This document shows positions 1-9,420 of a DNA stretch of 38,862 nt, piece after piece. Both the position numbers and the translations under genes were made by a program. How positions within the stretch are numbered: position 1 is the stretch's first letter; each line of letters starts with the position of its first letter. Source of the stretch: Candidatus Heimdallarchaeota archaeon (lineage in GTDB: Archaea > Asgardarchaeota > Heimdallarchaeia > Heimdallarchaeales > Heimdallarchaeaceae); the NCBI GenBank assembly GCA_030668825.1, contig DAOVET010000020.1, forward strand, positions 1-38,862. Reading direction: 5' to 3'. Below the pieces are notes generated by a model. The model saw nothing but the letters and a program-made list of their open reading frames with translations, ran no database searches and had not been told where the DNA came from.

Positions 1-343
1 ATATTTCCAATTCATTGAAATCCTCTTCTATTTTCACTGAAATAGAATTAGTTACTTTTAAAGATTCAGAAAGAGATTTCTCTCTATATGCCTTAGTAAC
101 GTTTCTACTCGAAGCAAAGGTATACCCTTCTTAATAAGAACCCTATCTGAAAAGATAGTTTATGAGAAGGTAGTCTAAAAAAGATGTAAGGCAACAGATA
201 AAGAAAAGAAATTTGTGTAAAATCCAATTCAATTCGAGCTTCTTTTTCTTCACTTACATGGAAACTTCATTCACTAAATTTCTAAAATCAGAAAAACAAC
301 AAATAAAACAAGACTTAATAGTATAAAAAGACATTTTAACATT

Positions 344-673
344 GTGACAACTGAAGAAGAACAAAAGGAGAAACTAGAAATTAAACCTTCTAGCAAAATT
401 GGATTCTTAATCATAGTTGCTATAGCATTAGGAGTTGATATATCTGCACTTGTATCAAACTACACAAGTCGTAACTTGATATTCATACTCACCCCATTAG
501 GTTTCTTTTTTACATTAGTAATTACTATCATAGCAATTTACTTAAAAAGAACTAAAAAGAAAACAGATTTCATGGTTTTTGTTCTATTAGTAATTATTGC
601 GGGAGTAGTAATAACAGCTGTAACATTAGTATTTTCAATTTTACTTTTGATTTTCATCATCGGTCATATGTAA
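344..673 (+). CDS. Small hypothetical membrane protein (about 3 TM helices)
   Basis: 109 aa ORF with GTG start, charged N-terminus, three hydrophobic stretches and a KRTKKK loop; no family recognised. Confidence 0.75.
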   Translation: MTTEEEQKEKLEIKPSSKIGFLIIVAIALGVDISALVSNYTSRNLIFILTPLGFFFTLVITIIAIYLKRTKKKTDFMVFVLLVIIAGVVITAVTLVFSILLLIFIIGHM

Positions 674-879
674 ATAAGCTATTGAAAACAGAGAAATTAC
701 AAGATAAGCAATTACATACATTAACTAGGTTTGTCGTTCAGCTTTTGTTTAAATAGCAACATAATAAAAATTTGTCAAAACCAAGATAAATTTACTTAAC
801 CAAACTAGATATGTTTTTAAGAGGTACTTCAATTCTTAATTTCAGTAAACTGACGCGTTTACTTCATTAAAAATGAGAT

Positions 880-1581
880 GTGAGATGTATGAGTAAGAGA
901 TTTAAAATTGATTTCAAAAATTTGAACTTCGTCAAAGTTTTTTATGGTGTAATATTAATTGGGGCCTTTGTTATAATTATGCTACTTAGTTTTCGAGGTT
1001 CTCCAGAAGTACCAATAACTAACATATTAATAGAATCAGATGAAGATTTCGCTAAATATGATTTAGCTGGTGAAGGCACTGCTCTTAATCCATACATTAT
1101 AGAAGGTCTAACTCTCGATACAGGTGTAGATAAAGGTATTGTGATCAAAAACACCTCCAAATACTTCAATATTAGCGGTTGTAATATATCTAACACTAAT
1201 GTTGTTGGTATTCTTCTTGAAAATGTAACTCAAGGAACAGGCATAATTCAAGGTAATATTTTTATTAACACTACAGTTGCTATTCGAATCATAGAAACAA
1301 CAAATTGTACAATTAATAATAATCAATTCAGTTTAGGTCGTGATTATAGTATTGTTCTAAGTACTACAGCTACTGATATATCTGTATATTCTAATGATTT
1401 CATAGATAATAATGTAGGAGGAGGAACTCAAGCAATCGATAATGGAAATTCGAATAGTTGGTACAATATAGTAACAACTAGTGGTAATTTCTGGTCTGAT
1501 TTGGGGACAAATTCAACCTACATTATAGATGGTACTGCTGGTTCAATTGATCTTCATCCTCTTGCGAATCCTATCTTTTAA
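880..1581 (+). CDS. Membrane-anchored right-handed beta-helix (NosD/CASH-like) surface protein; likely start ATG 889
   Basis: N-terminal TM helix; 'GEGTALNPYIIEGL'; Asn/Ile-rich beta-helix repeats (GIVIKNT, GILLENV, AIRIIET); C-terminal 'GNFWSD...YIIDG...DLHPL' typical of archaeal NosD-like proteins. Confidence 0.8.
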   Translation: MRCMSKRFKIDFKNLNFVKVFYGVILIGAFVIIMLLSFRGSPEVPITNILIESDEDFAKYDLAGEGTALNPYIIEGLTLDTGVDKGIVIKNTSKYFNISGCNISNTNVVGILLENVTQGTGIIQGNIFINTTVAIRIIETTNCTINNNQFSLGRDYSIVLSTTATDISVYSNDFIDNNVGGGTQAIDNGNSNSWYNIVTTSGNFWSDLGTNSTYIIDGTAGSIDLHPLANPIF

Positions 1582-1704
1582 TTTCCTCTTTTCGTTTTCT
1601 TCTGTTTTTCATTAGATTTGGATAAAACTTTTCTACATCCAAAATTTACAGTCTCAAACGATAGTTTTATAAAATCCTTTCACAGAAAAATCACTAACTT
1701 GAAA

Positions 1705-1722
1705 TTTTGGACACGTCCAAAA
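1705..1722. promoter_or_regulatory. Palindromic operator upstream of feoA, candidate metal-dependent (DtxR/MntR-type) repressor site
   Basis: TTTTGGAC-AC-GTCCAAAA with perfect 8-bp arms, about 30 nt before feoA; GAGGT RBS at 1741-1745. Regulator identity is inferred from context. Confidence 0.65.
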
Positions 1723-1751
1723 ATTTTCTTTCGAAAAAATGAGGTATTGCA

Positions 1752-1976
1752 TTGTCGCAAAATGATTCCTTGATTAATATGTCCGAAAATGCTGTAATGA
1801 CTGTCAAAGCCATCAAAGCTGGATTCAAAGCTATTCGTTTCTTAGCTGATCTTGGAATTCATGAAGGAGAAAAAATCCGAATAGTTAAAAATGATATAGG
1901 TCCAGTAATTGTAGAAGTAAAAGGGACTCGTGTCGCTATAGGAAGAGGATTAGCTGGAAAAATAGAAGTTTCATAG
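1752..1976 (+). CDS. feoA: Ferrous iron transport protein A
   Basis: 74 aa; 'FLADLGIHEGEKIRIV...GPVIVEVKGTRVAIGRGLAGKIEV' is the FeoA SH3-like signature; directly upstream of feoB. Confidence 0.95.
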   Translation: MSQNDSLINMSENAVMTVKAIKAGFKAIRFLADLGIHEGEKIRIVKNDIGPVIVEVKGTRVAIGRGLAGKIEVS

Positions 1977-1978
1977 GT

Positions 1979-4168
1979 TTGAGTATTATGACTAAAAGAC
2001 GTCCTCATTATAGAAAGAGAAGCCGTTTTCATAGACACAGAAGTAGGGTTATGAAAACAAAATTGGGATTACCAAAGGCAACTAAACATCCCAAACGTTA
2101 TGGAAGAGGTTTTAGAAAAGATTTTAATGACCACTCTATTGAACATAAGATTGCTTTTTTGGGTAATCCTAATGTTGGAAAATCTTCTCTTTTTAATATC
2201 TTAAGTGGGTCTCATGTTCACGTTGGTAATTGGCCTGGAAAAACAGTAGAGAAGAAAGAAGGTCATTTTATTTTGTCTGATGAATACTTTTCTTTAGTTG
2301 ATCTACCCGGTGCATATTCTCTTTCTGCTCGGTCTGAAGAAGAATTGGTTACTCGTAATTTCATTGTTGACGAAAAACCTGATCTCATATGTGTTATTGC
2401 TGATGCTACTCGACTGGAACGAACTCTTTTCATAGCCCTTCAAGCGATGGAACTAACTAACAATGTTGCTATTATCATTAATATGAAAGATATAGCAGAA
2501 AAGGAATGTATAGAACTTGATATTGATCTTCTTGAAGAAAAACTTGGTGTTCCTGTTCTATATGTTTGTGCTTTTGAGGAAGAGAGTATTATAAGAATCA
2601 AGAAATTCATTTATGATTCTTTGCACACCAAAAAATACACCTTTAATCCTGCAATGATGGTTTATTCTCAAAAAATAGAGTATATGATACAGAATATTTC
2701 CAATCAAATCAAAGATCGGGAATTACTTCGTGAATATCCTACACGATGGGTAGCATTTAGAATTCTTGAAGGCGATCAAATTGTTAAAGATGAACTCGCT
2801 AAAGAATATGACTTAGCTGATATTGAAATCAAGATTGAGAAACTATCCAAAGAAGAGCAATTTGACCCAGCAGTTGAAATCTCTAAGAGGAAATATAATG
2901 CTTTACATCACATAGTATATTCTGTTGTTTCTGGATATGAAGATTTCAAAGAGACTACAAGTGATAAAATAGATAAAGCTCTTCTACATAAGTTCTGGGG
3001 ATATCTAATACTTACTGCTATTTTTGCAGCATTTTTCTTAATAACCTTTTACGCTTCATCACCAATAATCACTGGAGTTGATTGGATATTTGTACAATTA
3101 TCTTCTTGGGTATTAACATCCTTAGAGAGTATTAACAGTCCTGCTTTTCTTAACAGTTTATTAGTTAATGGAGTAATTGCAGGTATTGCAGCTGTTTTAT
3201 TGTTTTTACCAATAATTTTCATTTTCTATGCTCTAATAGCAATACTAGAAGATTCAGGCTATCTGGCACGATCTGCTTATCTGATGGATAAAGTAATGGG
3301 AAAATTTGGAATGCAAGGTTCAGCTTTTCTTAGTCTTATCATGGGTTTTGGTTGTAATGTAGCTGGAGTTATGGCTACTAGAACTATTAAGAACAAAAGA
3401 GAAAGAACAACGATGATTATTGCTAATTCATTTATTCCATGTGCTGCAAGACTAGGGGTAATAGCATTTCTAACTGGGATATTCTTTAAACCTTGGCTAG
3501 CTGCAATTATCATGCTTCTGTTGTATGGAGTTAGCATTTTATTGGTTCTGATAACTGGTCTCATATTCAAATTGTTCTATGAACGTGATGATCCACTTCC
3601 TTTAATTCTTGAACTTCCTGAATACCGTCGTCCAAGACTTAGAAGTGTAATGAATCTTACTTGGGAAAGAACTGGTATTTTTCTAAAAAAAGCAGGTGCA
3701 TTCATCTTTGTCGCCTCCTTGGTAATTTGGTTCCTTAGTAATGTTCCTTATGTTAAACCAACAGAGAATACTGTTTTACTTTATGTTGGAATGAGTCCTG
3801 TGATAGTTACTAAAATCTCTATAGCTGAATTCCTTGGAAGGGGACTAGAAGTAATAACAATTCCACTCTTTGGATTTAGTTGGAAGATGGTTGTGCCATT
3901 AATATTCGGTATTCCAGCAAAAGAAGTAATTATATCAGCTTTGAGTATTCTTCATCCAGGTGGAATAACGAGAGTATTATGGACTATACCCCAAGTTATA
4001 TCATTCTTGTTGTTCCAATTAACTTATGCTCCTTGTTTTGCAACTATTGCTGTAATAAAATCTGAAACTAGAAGTTGGAAACTAACTGCAATTGGTTTCT
4101 TCTATCCTTTGATTGTTACATCAATTTTAACAGTAATCGTATTTCAAATATTTTTAGCAATTATGTAG
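1979..4168 (+). CDS. feoB: Ferrous iron transport protein B
   Basis: G1 GNPNVGKS, G2 GNWPGKT, G3 DLPG, G4 NMKD; gate motifs GFGCNV, FIPCAARL, LELPEYR, YAPCFAT; multi-TM C-terminal domain. Confidence 0.97.
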   Translation: MSIMTKRRPHYRKRSRFHRHRSRVMKTKLGLPKATKHPKRYGRGFRKDFNDHSIEHKIAFLGNPNVGKSSLFNILSGSHVHVGNWPGKTVEKKEGHFILSDEYFSLVDLPGAYSLSARSEEELVTRNFIVDEKPDLICVIADATRLERTLFIALQAMELTNNVAIIINMKDIAEKECIELDIDLLEEKLGVPVLYVCAFEEESIIRIKKFIYDSLHTKKYTFNPAMMVYSQKIEYMIQNISNQIKDRELLREYPTRWVAFRILEGDQIVKDELAKEYDLADIEIKIEKLSKEEQFDPAVEISKRKYNALHHIVYSVVSGYEDFKETTSDKIDKALLHKFWGYLILTAIFAAFFLITFYASSPIITGVDWIFVQLSSWVLTSLESINSPAFLNSLLVNGVIAGIAAVLLFLPIIFIFYALIAILEDSGYLARSAYLMDKVMGKFGMQGSAFLSLIMGFGCNVAGVMATRTIKNKRERTTMIIANSFIPCAARLGVIAFLTGIFFKPWLAAIIMLLLYGVSILLVLITGLIFKLFYERDDPLPLILELPEYRRPRLRSVMNLTWERTGIFLKKAGAFIFVASLVIWFLSNVPYVKPTENTVLLYVGMSPVIVTKISIAEFLGRGLEVITIPLFGFSWKMVVPLIFGIPAKEVIISALSILHPGGITRVLWTIPQVISFLLFQLTYAPCFATIAVIKSETRSWKLTAIGFFYPLIVTSILTVIVFQIFLAIM

Positions 4169-4169
4169 G

Positions 4170-4352
4170 ATGGTTTGTATGAGTACTCAAGAACAGAATG
4201 TTGTGAATATTTCGTTTTGGATGAAGATCAGAAGACGTCTTACTAGATTCCTTTTGTCTCAAGGGAGTTGCAGTGGCTCTTGTGATGATTGTGTTGCTTG
4301 CCCTTGGATAGATAAAGAAAAATATTCTTTTGAAATAAAAAAAAGAGAGTAG
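4170..4352 (+). CDS. Small Cys-rich FeoB-associated protein (FeoC-like, putative Fe-S or metal binding)
   Basis: Starts 1 nt after the feoB stop; motif CSGSCDDCVAC. Confidence 0.65.
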   Translation: MVCMSTQEQNVVNISFWMKIRRRLTRFLLSQGSCSGSCDDCVACPWIDKEKYSFEIKKRE

Positions 4353-4518
4353 AAAAGAGTGAATGGTCAGTTTTGCTTGTAAATTTGAAATTCTTAACCC
4401 TTTTTGATGAACTATGCTCCCAGTCCCATCATCGATATAGGTTGTCTTAATTTCTTGCTAATATCAATGTCACTCAGAAATCTACAATATATGATTAAAC
4501 GCTTAAGTGTTCTAGTAA

Positions 4519-5514
4519 ATGTTAAATAACTACATTACTTTTTTAAAATATATGAAGAAAAAGAATAGTATCACATTAATTTTTGTTATTCTCTTATTTT
4601 ATCCTTGTTTAATTTCTGTTAATTCAGCTTCAGAATCAACTTTTAAAGATGACTTCTCATTCAATCATCTTTGTGATGTCAAAGTAGCTTGTTATAATGG
4701 TTCGGGTGCTTGGAATTATGGAAAGATTGTCATACAAAGCTTCTTTGATTGGGCAGGTTGTACTTATGCTAATGTATCTGGACAAGATATTATTGATGGT
4801 TGTTTAGATGCATATGATATTCTTTATTGGCCAGGTGGACATTATCCAGCTTTCTGGGATGAAATGGGCTTAGAAGGAAAACAGGTTGTACAAGATTTCA
4901 TTAGAAAAGGTGGAGGATATTTTGGTGTATGTGCAGGAGCATACTATGCATGTGATTACATGGTCTGGATGGATGATCCTTCATTTCCAGCTCCAGACTA
5001 CAAAGTAGAAGGAGACGAATTGAATCTAGATCTTATTCCTGCTGTAGCATGGGGTCCTATCTTTGAACTTGCTGAGAGACCAGAACCAGGATGGGCAATG
5101 GCACAAGTAGACATAGTTACTCACGAACATCCAATATCTCAAAATCTTCCTGATTCAATGCAGATTATCTATGGTGGTGGTCCATATTTCGAAATATATG
5201 AGGGTGCCGAAGTTACAGTTTTAGGTGTTTATAACTTGACAGAACAAGTTGCAATCACTGCTAATAATTATGGAGATGGAAGAATCTTTCTCATTAGTCC
5301 ACATGCAGAAATAGAAGAAAATAGTGATAGAGATGGACAAGAACCCTTAACTGAATATGATGATGAAGGTTCAGATTGGCCTTTGCTCTACAAAGCAGTA
5401 GAGTGGTTAGCATTTCTTTCTCACGTTGATACTGCCATTTTTCAGGTCTTGATACCCAGTATTATTTTCTTTGTTACTACAACCATTATTAGAAAAAAGA
5501 AGTTGGGGAAATAA
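4519..5514 (+). CDS. Exported, C-terminally anchored BPL_N / class I glutamine amidotransferase-like protein; likely start ATG 4552
   Basis: Signal peptide (MKKKNSITLIFVILL...); 'VACYNGSGA', 'ILYWPGG', 'GGGYFGVCAGAYYA', 'SPHAE'; C-terminal TM followed by RKKK. Confidence 0.8.
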   Translation: MLNNYITFLKYMKKKNSITLIFVILLFYPCLISVNSASESTFKDDFSFNHLCDVKVACYNGSGAWNYGKIVIQSFFDWAGCTYANVSGQDIIDGCLDAYDILYWPGGHYPAFWDEMGLEGKQVVQDFIRKGGGYFGVCAGAYYACDYMVWMDDPSFPAPDYKVEGDELNLDLIPAVAWGPIFELAERPEPGWAMAQVDIVTHEHPISQNLPDSMQIIYGGGPYFEIYEGAEVTVLGVYNLTEQVAITANNYGDGRIFLISPHAEIEENSDRDGQEPLTEYDDEGSDWPLLYKAVEWLAFLSHVDTAIFQVLIPSIIFFVTTTIIRKKKLGK

Positions 5515-5584
5515 TTCTTGAGAACTGAAAAGAACACTTTTGTAAAACCAGAAATAATTTAACCAACAGTATTCTGTTTGATGT

Positions 5585-5920
5585 ATGCATAGAGTGTTTA
5601 TGATTTTGAGTTCAGCTGATGAAGTTGTTCATCGTGAGCTAAGTTTCCCATATGCTTATAATTCCAAGAAACAGGACTGGATGGATCAAGTTAGAGTTAT
5701 TCTCTGGGGACCAACAGAAAAAATAGCTGCTGAGAATAGAGAATTTCAAGAACAGATTCGTTTACTTATTGATGCTGATGTAGAAGTTATTGCTTGTAAA
5801 GCATGTAGTGATAACTTTGGGGTTAGTAAAGAGTTAGAGAAACTTGGTATTGATATTCAATATGTAGGAACATTAGTAACTGAAATGCTGAAAGATGGTT
5901 GGTATCAACTCACTTTCTGA
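5585..5920 (+). CDS. DsrE-family protein
   Basis: 111 aa; 'VRVILWGP', 'VEVIACKACSDNFG', 'YVGTLVTEMLKDGW' match the DsrE/DsrF-like pattern. Confidence 0.8.
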   Translation: MHRVFMILSSADEVVHRELSFPYAYNSKKQDWMDQVRVILWGPTEKIAAENREFQEQIRLLIDADVEVIACKACSDNFGVSKELEKLGIDIQYVGTLVTEMLKDGWYQLTF

Positions 5921-5923
5921 TTT

Positions 5924-6568
5924 TCAGTCGTAGAGGTGACCTTGTAAGATAGCTAAAGTTGAAGTTGTATAGACCCCTTTTTGAATCCAATCTTCAATCA
6001 ATTTTAATGATTTTTCCTCGTCGATCCCTTCTATTGCATCAATTACCAAATAGATTTCTAAATCTCCAAAATTTAAGAACCCTTCAATTGTTGTTCGAAC
6101 ACAGAAATCTATTGCAACTCCGTAGATGATTACTTTCTTTGGTTTAATTATCCCTATTAAAGGCATTAAATTAGGGTTTGAAAAAGCACTATGTTCTGTT
6201 TTTCTAAACATGATAGGTCCTTTGGCTTCTAGAGCTTCAACTAATTTTTTTTCAGGATATGTAATAGGATCAATCCAGATAGTTAAATCTGATCTGGTTT
6301 CAATTATCTTTTCTTGACCTGGATCATTTTGCAAACAATGTGGTGGAAATGTTTCAGAAAAATCAGGGTTTTCCTTATCTATCTCAGGGTCTGTATCTGA
6401 ATGATAATCAACTGAACCAAGAATTCTAATATTGTTTAATCTTGCATATTGAGTGAGTTTTGCTAAGTTTTCTTTGAGATTTTCTGCGTCTGGAACGTAA
6501 AGCTTCCCATCTTGTTCCATAAAATCTCTCTGAGTATCTGCATCCCAGAATATGATTTCCATTGTCAT
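5924..6568 (-). CDS. pncA: Nicotinamidase / isochorismatase-family cysteine hydrolase
   Basis: 'DADTQRDFM...GKLYVPDA', 'DYH', 'FPPHC', 'FRK', 'GVAIDFCV' give the catalytic D-K-C and the metal ligands. Confidence 0.85.
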   Translation of the reverse strand: MTMEIIFWDADTQRDFMEQDGKLYVPDAENLKENLAKLTQYARLNNIRILGSVDYHSDTDPEIDKENPDFSETFPPHCLQNDPGQEKIIETRSDLTIWIDPITYPEKKLVEALEAKGPIMFRKTEHSAFSNPNLMPLIGIIKPKKVIIYGVAIDFCVRTTIEGFLNFGDLEIYLVIDAIEGIDEEKSLKLIEDWIQKGVYTTSTLAILQGHLYD

Positions 6569-6630
6569 TTATATCAACTTTAACTATTTATTTGGTCATT
6601 TAAAAAGATTTTACAGAGTCAGTTTATCAT

Positions 6631-7281
6631 CTATTCCTTTCTTAATCCTCTGATATTCGGCTTTAACTCTGCAAATGGTATTGCTCCTTGTCTAACAATT
6701 CTAGGAGGTTTTGATGAAATGTCCACAATTGTTGATGATCGACCAATATCTACTTTTCCTCCATCAATAATGTAAGGGATTTTACCATCGAAATAGTTTA
6801 AAACTTCTTTAGCCTTGGTTGCGCTTGGTTCCTCTGATATGTTTGCACTGGTTGTAGCTAATGGAGTATGTGCGATGTTAATTAATTCTTGTACGATTAA
6901 GTTATCTGGAACACGAACCCCTACAGTACTTTGTCCAGAAGTTACAATGTCATTTACTGTTGAATTCTTTTCAACTATTATTGTTAAAGCTCCTGGCCAG
7001 AACTTTTCTGCAAGAGTGAAAAACAAAGGTTTAATATTTTTTGCTACATCATATACTTGATCAACACTCGATATCAATACATTGATTGGTTTATTAGCTG
7101 GTCGTCCTTTTATTTTGTACAATTCCTTAACTGCTTCCTCGTTGAAAACATCGCAACCCATCCCATAGATTGTATCTGTTGGAAAAGCAACAATTTGACC
7201 AGCTGTAATTGCACTAGCTACATCCCTGATTTTGTTCATGTTTAATTGATCAATATTTACAGTAAAAACTTCTGTTTCCAT
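6631..7281 (-). CDS. sua5: L-threonylcarbamoyladenylate synthase (single-domain TsaC/YrdC-type Sua5)
   Basis: 'VAFPTDTIYG', 'KGRPANKP', 'FWPGALT', 'VGVRVP', 'TTSANIS', 'SSTIVD', 'RQGAI'. Confidence 0.95.
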   Translation of the reverse strand: METEVFTVNIDQLNMNKIRDVASAITAGQIVAFPTDTIYGMGCDVFNEEAVKELYKIKGRPANKPINVLISSVDQVYDVAKNIKPLFFTLAEKFWPGALTIIVEKNSTVNDIVTSGQSTVGVRVPDNLIVQELINIAHTPLATTSANISEEPSATKAKEVLNYFDGKIPYIIDGGKVDIGRSSTIVDISSKPPRIVRQGAIPFAELKPNIRGLRKE

Positions 7282-7380
7282 TGTTCATCACTTTAGTTTA
7301 TGTGTTTACATTTGTCCTCTTCTCCTTAAGTATTTTCCTTACTTTTGATTCACAAAAAAATTTAACATCTTGTAAAGTAA

Positions 7381-8166
7381 ATGTATTTGAAGATAATGCC
7401 CCAAAATCATCAAAAAACAATTTTAATTGCAGCTCCAGGAAGTGGAATTGGGAAAATTGTAACTGAAAAACTAGTTAAGGATTACTTTCGAGTAATAGGT
7501 ATCGGCGGTAAGAATAGCAAAGAATTTATTGAAATTCTTAATCAAAATGGTTATTCTATAGACTTTGTAGAGTGTGACTACACCTCTGAAAGTAGTGTTA
7601 TTGAAGCTTTTAATGAAGTAAAAATTCTTACTCCAAAAATCGATGGTTTAATCATTTTCGTAGGAGGAAGTTTGATTAGTAAACCAATTGAAGATGTAAG
7701 TTACAGTGACTTTAGAAAAGTTTTAGCTGTTAATCTAGATTCAACTTTTCTAATAGGTAAAGAGGGTTATATGTGGATGCAAGAGCAAGGGGGAGGAAAT
7801 ATCCTCTTTTTTGGATCAACCACGGGATTAAAACCTTCCAAGAAGAAAATGCCTTATGGCGTTGCAAAAGCTGCTGTTCATAACTTGACCTTATCGTTTG
7901 CTCAAGAAGGAGCAGAACATAAGATTGTCACAAATGCAATTGCTCCAGGATATGTTATGACTGACAGACACATTGATGAGCTCAAAAATAAAGCGTTAGA
8001 ATCTGGTGATTCATATAAGGACATTTTACTTAAGATTGAAAATAAAAATCCTATGAAACAATCACTAAAACCTGAAGAAATATACCCTCTCATCAAATTG
8101 CTCTTAACTACAGACCATATTCAAGGTCAAGTCATTAGAATAGATTCTGGTCAGGTCTTGGGTTAA
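7381..8166 (+). CDS. Short-chain dehydrogenase/reductase; likely start ATG 7396
   Basis: Rossmann motif variant 'AAPGSGIG', catalytic YxxxK (YGVAK), 'NAIAPGYVMT', 'GQVIRIDSG'. Confidence 0.9.
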   Translation: MYLKIMPQNHQKTILIAAPGSGIGKIVTEKLVKDYFRVIGIGGKNSKEFIEILNQNGYSIDFVECDYTSESSVIEAFNEVKILTPKIDGLIIFVGGSLISKPIEDVSYSDFRKVLAVNLDSTFLIGKEGYMWMQEQGGGNILFFGSTTGLKPSKKKMPYGVAKAAVHNLTLSFAQEGAEHKIVTNAIAPGYVMTDRHIDELKNKALESGDSYKDILLKIENKNPMKQSLKPEEIYPLIKLLLTTDHIQGQVIRIDSGQVLG

Positions 8167-8169
8167 AAC

Positions 8170-9078
8170 CTAACGCTTGTAATTTTTTGATTTCTCCCCA
8201 CAAACAGGACAAGCTAAACCATATCTGAAGAAAGTATCATGGTCTTTTTGACATTCCAATAAGTCTTCTTTGGGGGTTTTTGCTAGAGATTCTGCGATCC
8301 GTTCTTCATACTCCTCTCTATTAAGCCATTCACCTTTTCTCATTAGTTCGGTATAAGGAACCCAGACTAAATATGTAAAAGAAACAGGTAATATTCCTCT
8401 TTCTTCATGTTCATCACTATAACTATCTGTGTAATCTTCTAGAAGAGTAACAATTTGGCCTAGAATTTTTTCCATATCTTCTTGAGTAAACTTGTAAATA
8501 ACTCCAGGAGTTACAATATTATTACGCAACCTAAGAGGGTTCATCCAATCAAGATACCAATCCTTAGATTCTTCAACTTCTTTTGTTACAAGTACTCTAT
8601 CTTTGTGTAATAAAGCTGCATAGTGGGACAGTATTCCTCTAATTTTGAGTAAATTAAAGAAAGTAAACTTCTTATGAGGTGGCCTGAATCCTTCATGATG
8701 AAGTTCGTTCAGAATTTGTCTGAATTCATCATAATAGATTCTCGGTAACTTGTATACTTTCTGTTTAACTCTTCTTCCTTTCTCGTTATAGATGATTAAT
8801 TCATCTGTTTCGAGTAAGTCAAATTCCTCAGATTGAAGAATTTTGAGATTATGATAAACAGAGCTAAGATGCATATTTAAGCTAGTAGCAATGTCAGCTG
8901 CAGTAATCCCTAAAATGGACTTTCCATCTAAACTTTCATATTTTCTGTTTGAGAACTCTGCATCAAGGATAATGGACCAGACATCTATAGCTGTTGAATA
9001 TCTCCTGTCTTGGGCTATCTTGAATATTTTTTCTAGATAGACCGTTCCAGTTGATATTGAGTTCTCTTCGTTTTCCAT
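8170..9078 (-). CDS. Winged-helix (ArsR-like) DNA-binding protein with a C-terminal putative zinc ribbon
   Basis: 'ITAADIATSLNMHLSSVYHNLKIL' HTH plus wing 'GRRVKQKVYKL'; C-terminal CQKDH...CPVCG. Confidence 0.7.
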   Translation of the reverse strand: MENEENSISTGTVYLEKIFKIAQDRRYSTAIDVWSIILDAEFSNRKYESLDGKSILGITAADIATSLNMHLSSVYHNLKILQSEEFDLLETDELIIYNEKGRRVKQKVYKLPRIYYDEFRQILNELHHEGFRPPHKKFTFFNLLKIRGILSHYAALLHKDRVLVTKEVEESKDWYLDWMNPLRLRNNIVTPGVIYKFTQEDMEKILGQIVTLLEDYTDSYSDEHEERGILPVSFTYLVWVPYTELMRKGEWLNREEYEERIAESLAKTPKEDLLECQKDHDTFFRYGLACPVCGEKSKNYKR

Positions 9079-9207
9079 TTCTCTTCTTCCATTATTTCGA
9101 AGTATATAGCTTTATAATAAACGACTAGTCTATTTATTGTACGTTGATACCCTTATTAAATTTGCTTCAATCTGCTTTTTATCCTTAATTCCAAGTTCAT
9201 CTAATAG

Positions 9208-9351
9208 TTAATTCTCAATCGATCCTTCTTCGACATCTTCTCTTGGTTCTATTGCAGCATACTTGAACATCCAAAAGACTATGCAAATAAGTACAACACA
9301 CACAATAAGAAATACCATCGTACCTAGGACCGCATTCAAGACATTAACCAT
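9208..9351 (-). CDS. 47-aa single-pass membrane protein (not in the ORF track)
   Basis: Manual translation MVNVLNAVLGTMVFLIVCVVLICIVFWMFKYAAIEPREDVEEGSIEN*; ATG at 9351, TAA at 9208-9210; one TM helix and an acidic tail. Confidence 0.6.
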   Translation of the reverse strand: MVNVLNAVLGTMVFLIVCVVLICIVFWMFKYAAIEPREDVEEGSIEN

Positions 9352-9420
9352 TTATTTCAAGCAACAAAAGTATTAGTTGTTTATATCTGTTATGTAATTT
9401 AGTAGCATTTCATGTTTCTT

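Noticed and set aside
1-130. Open minus-strand frame running off the window start (...FASSRNVTKAYREKSLSESLKVTNSISVKIEEDFNELEI)
   Set aside because: No ATG; only a GTG at 37. Too short to call, though it may be the start of a gene outside the window.
200-250. Loose inverted repeat AAAGAAAAGAA ... TTCTTTTTCTT
   Set aside because: Low complexity and imperfect; expected by chance in AT-rich DNA.
4353-4518. Intergenic stretch with a protein-like minus frame (QEIKTTYIDDGTGSIVHQKGLRI)
   Set aside because: No start codon, bounded by stops and no recognisable family; a pseudogene call cannot be supported.
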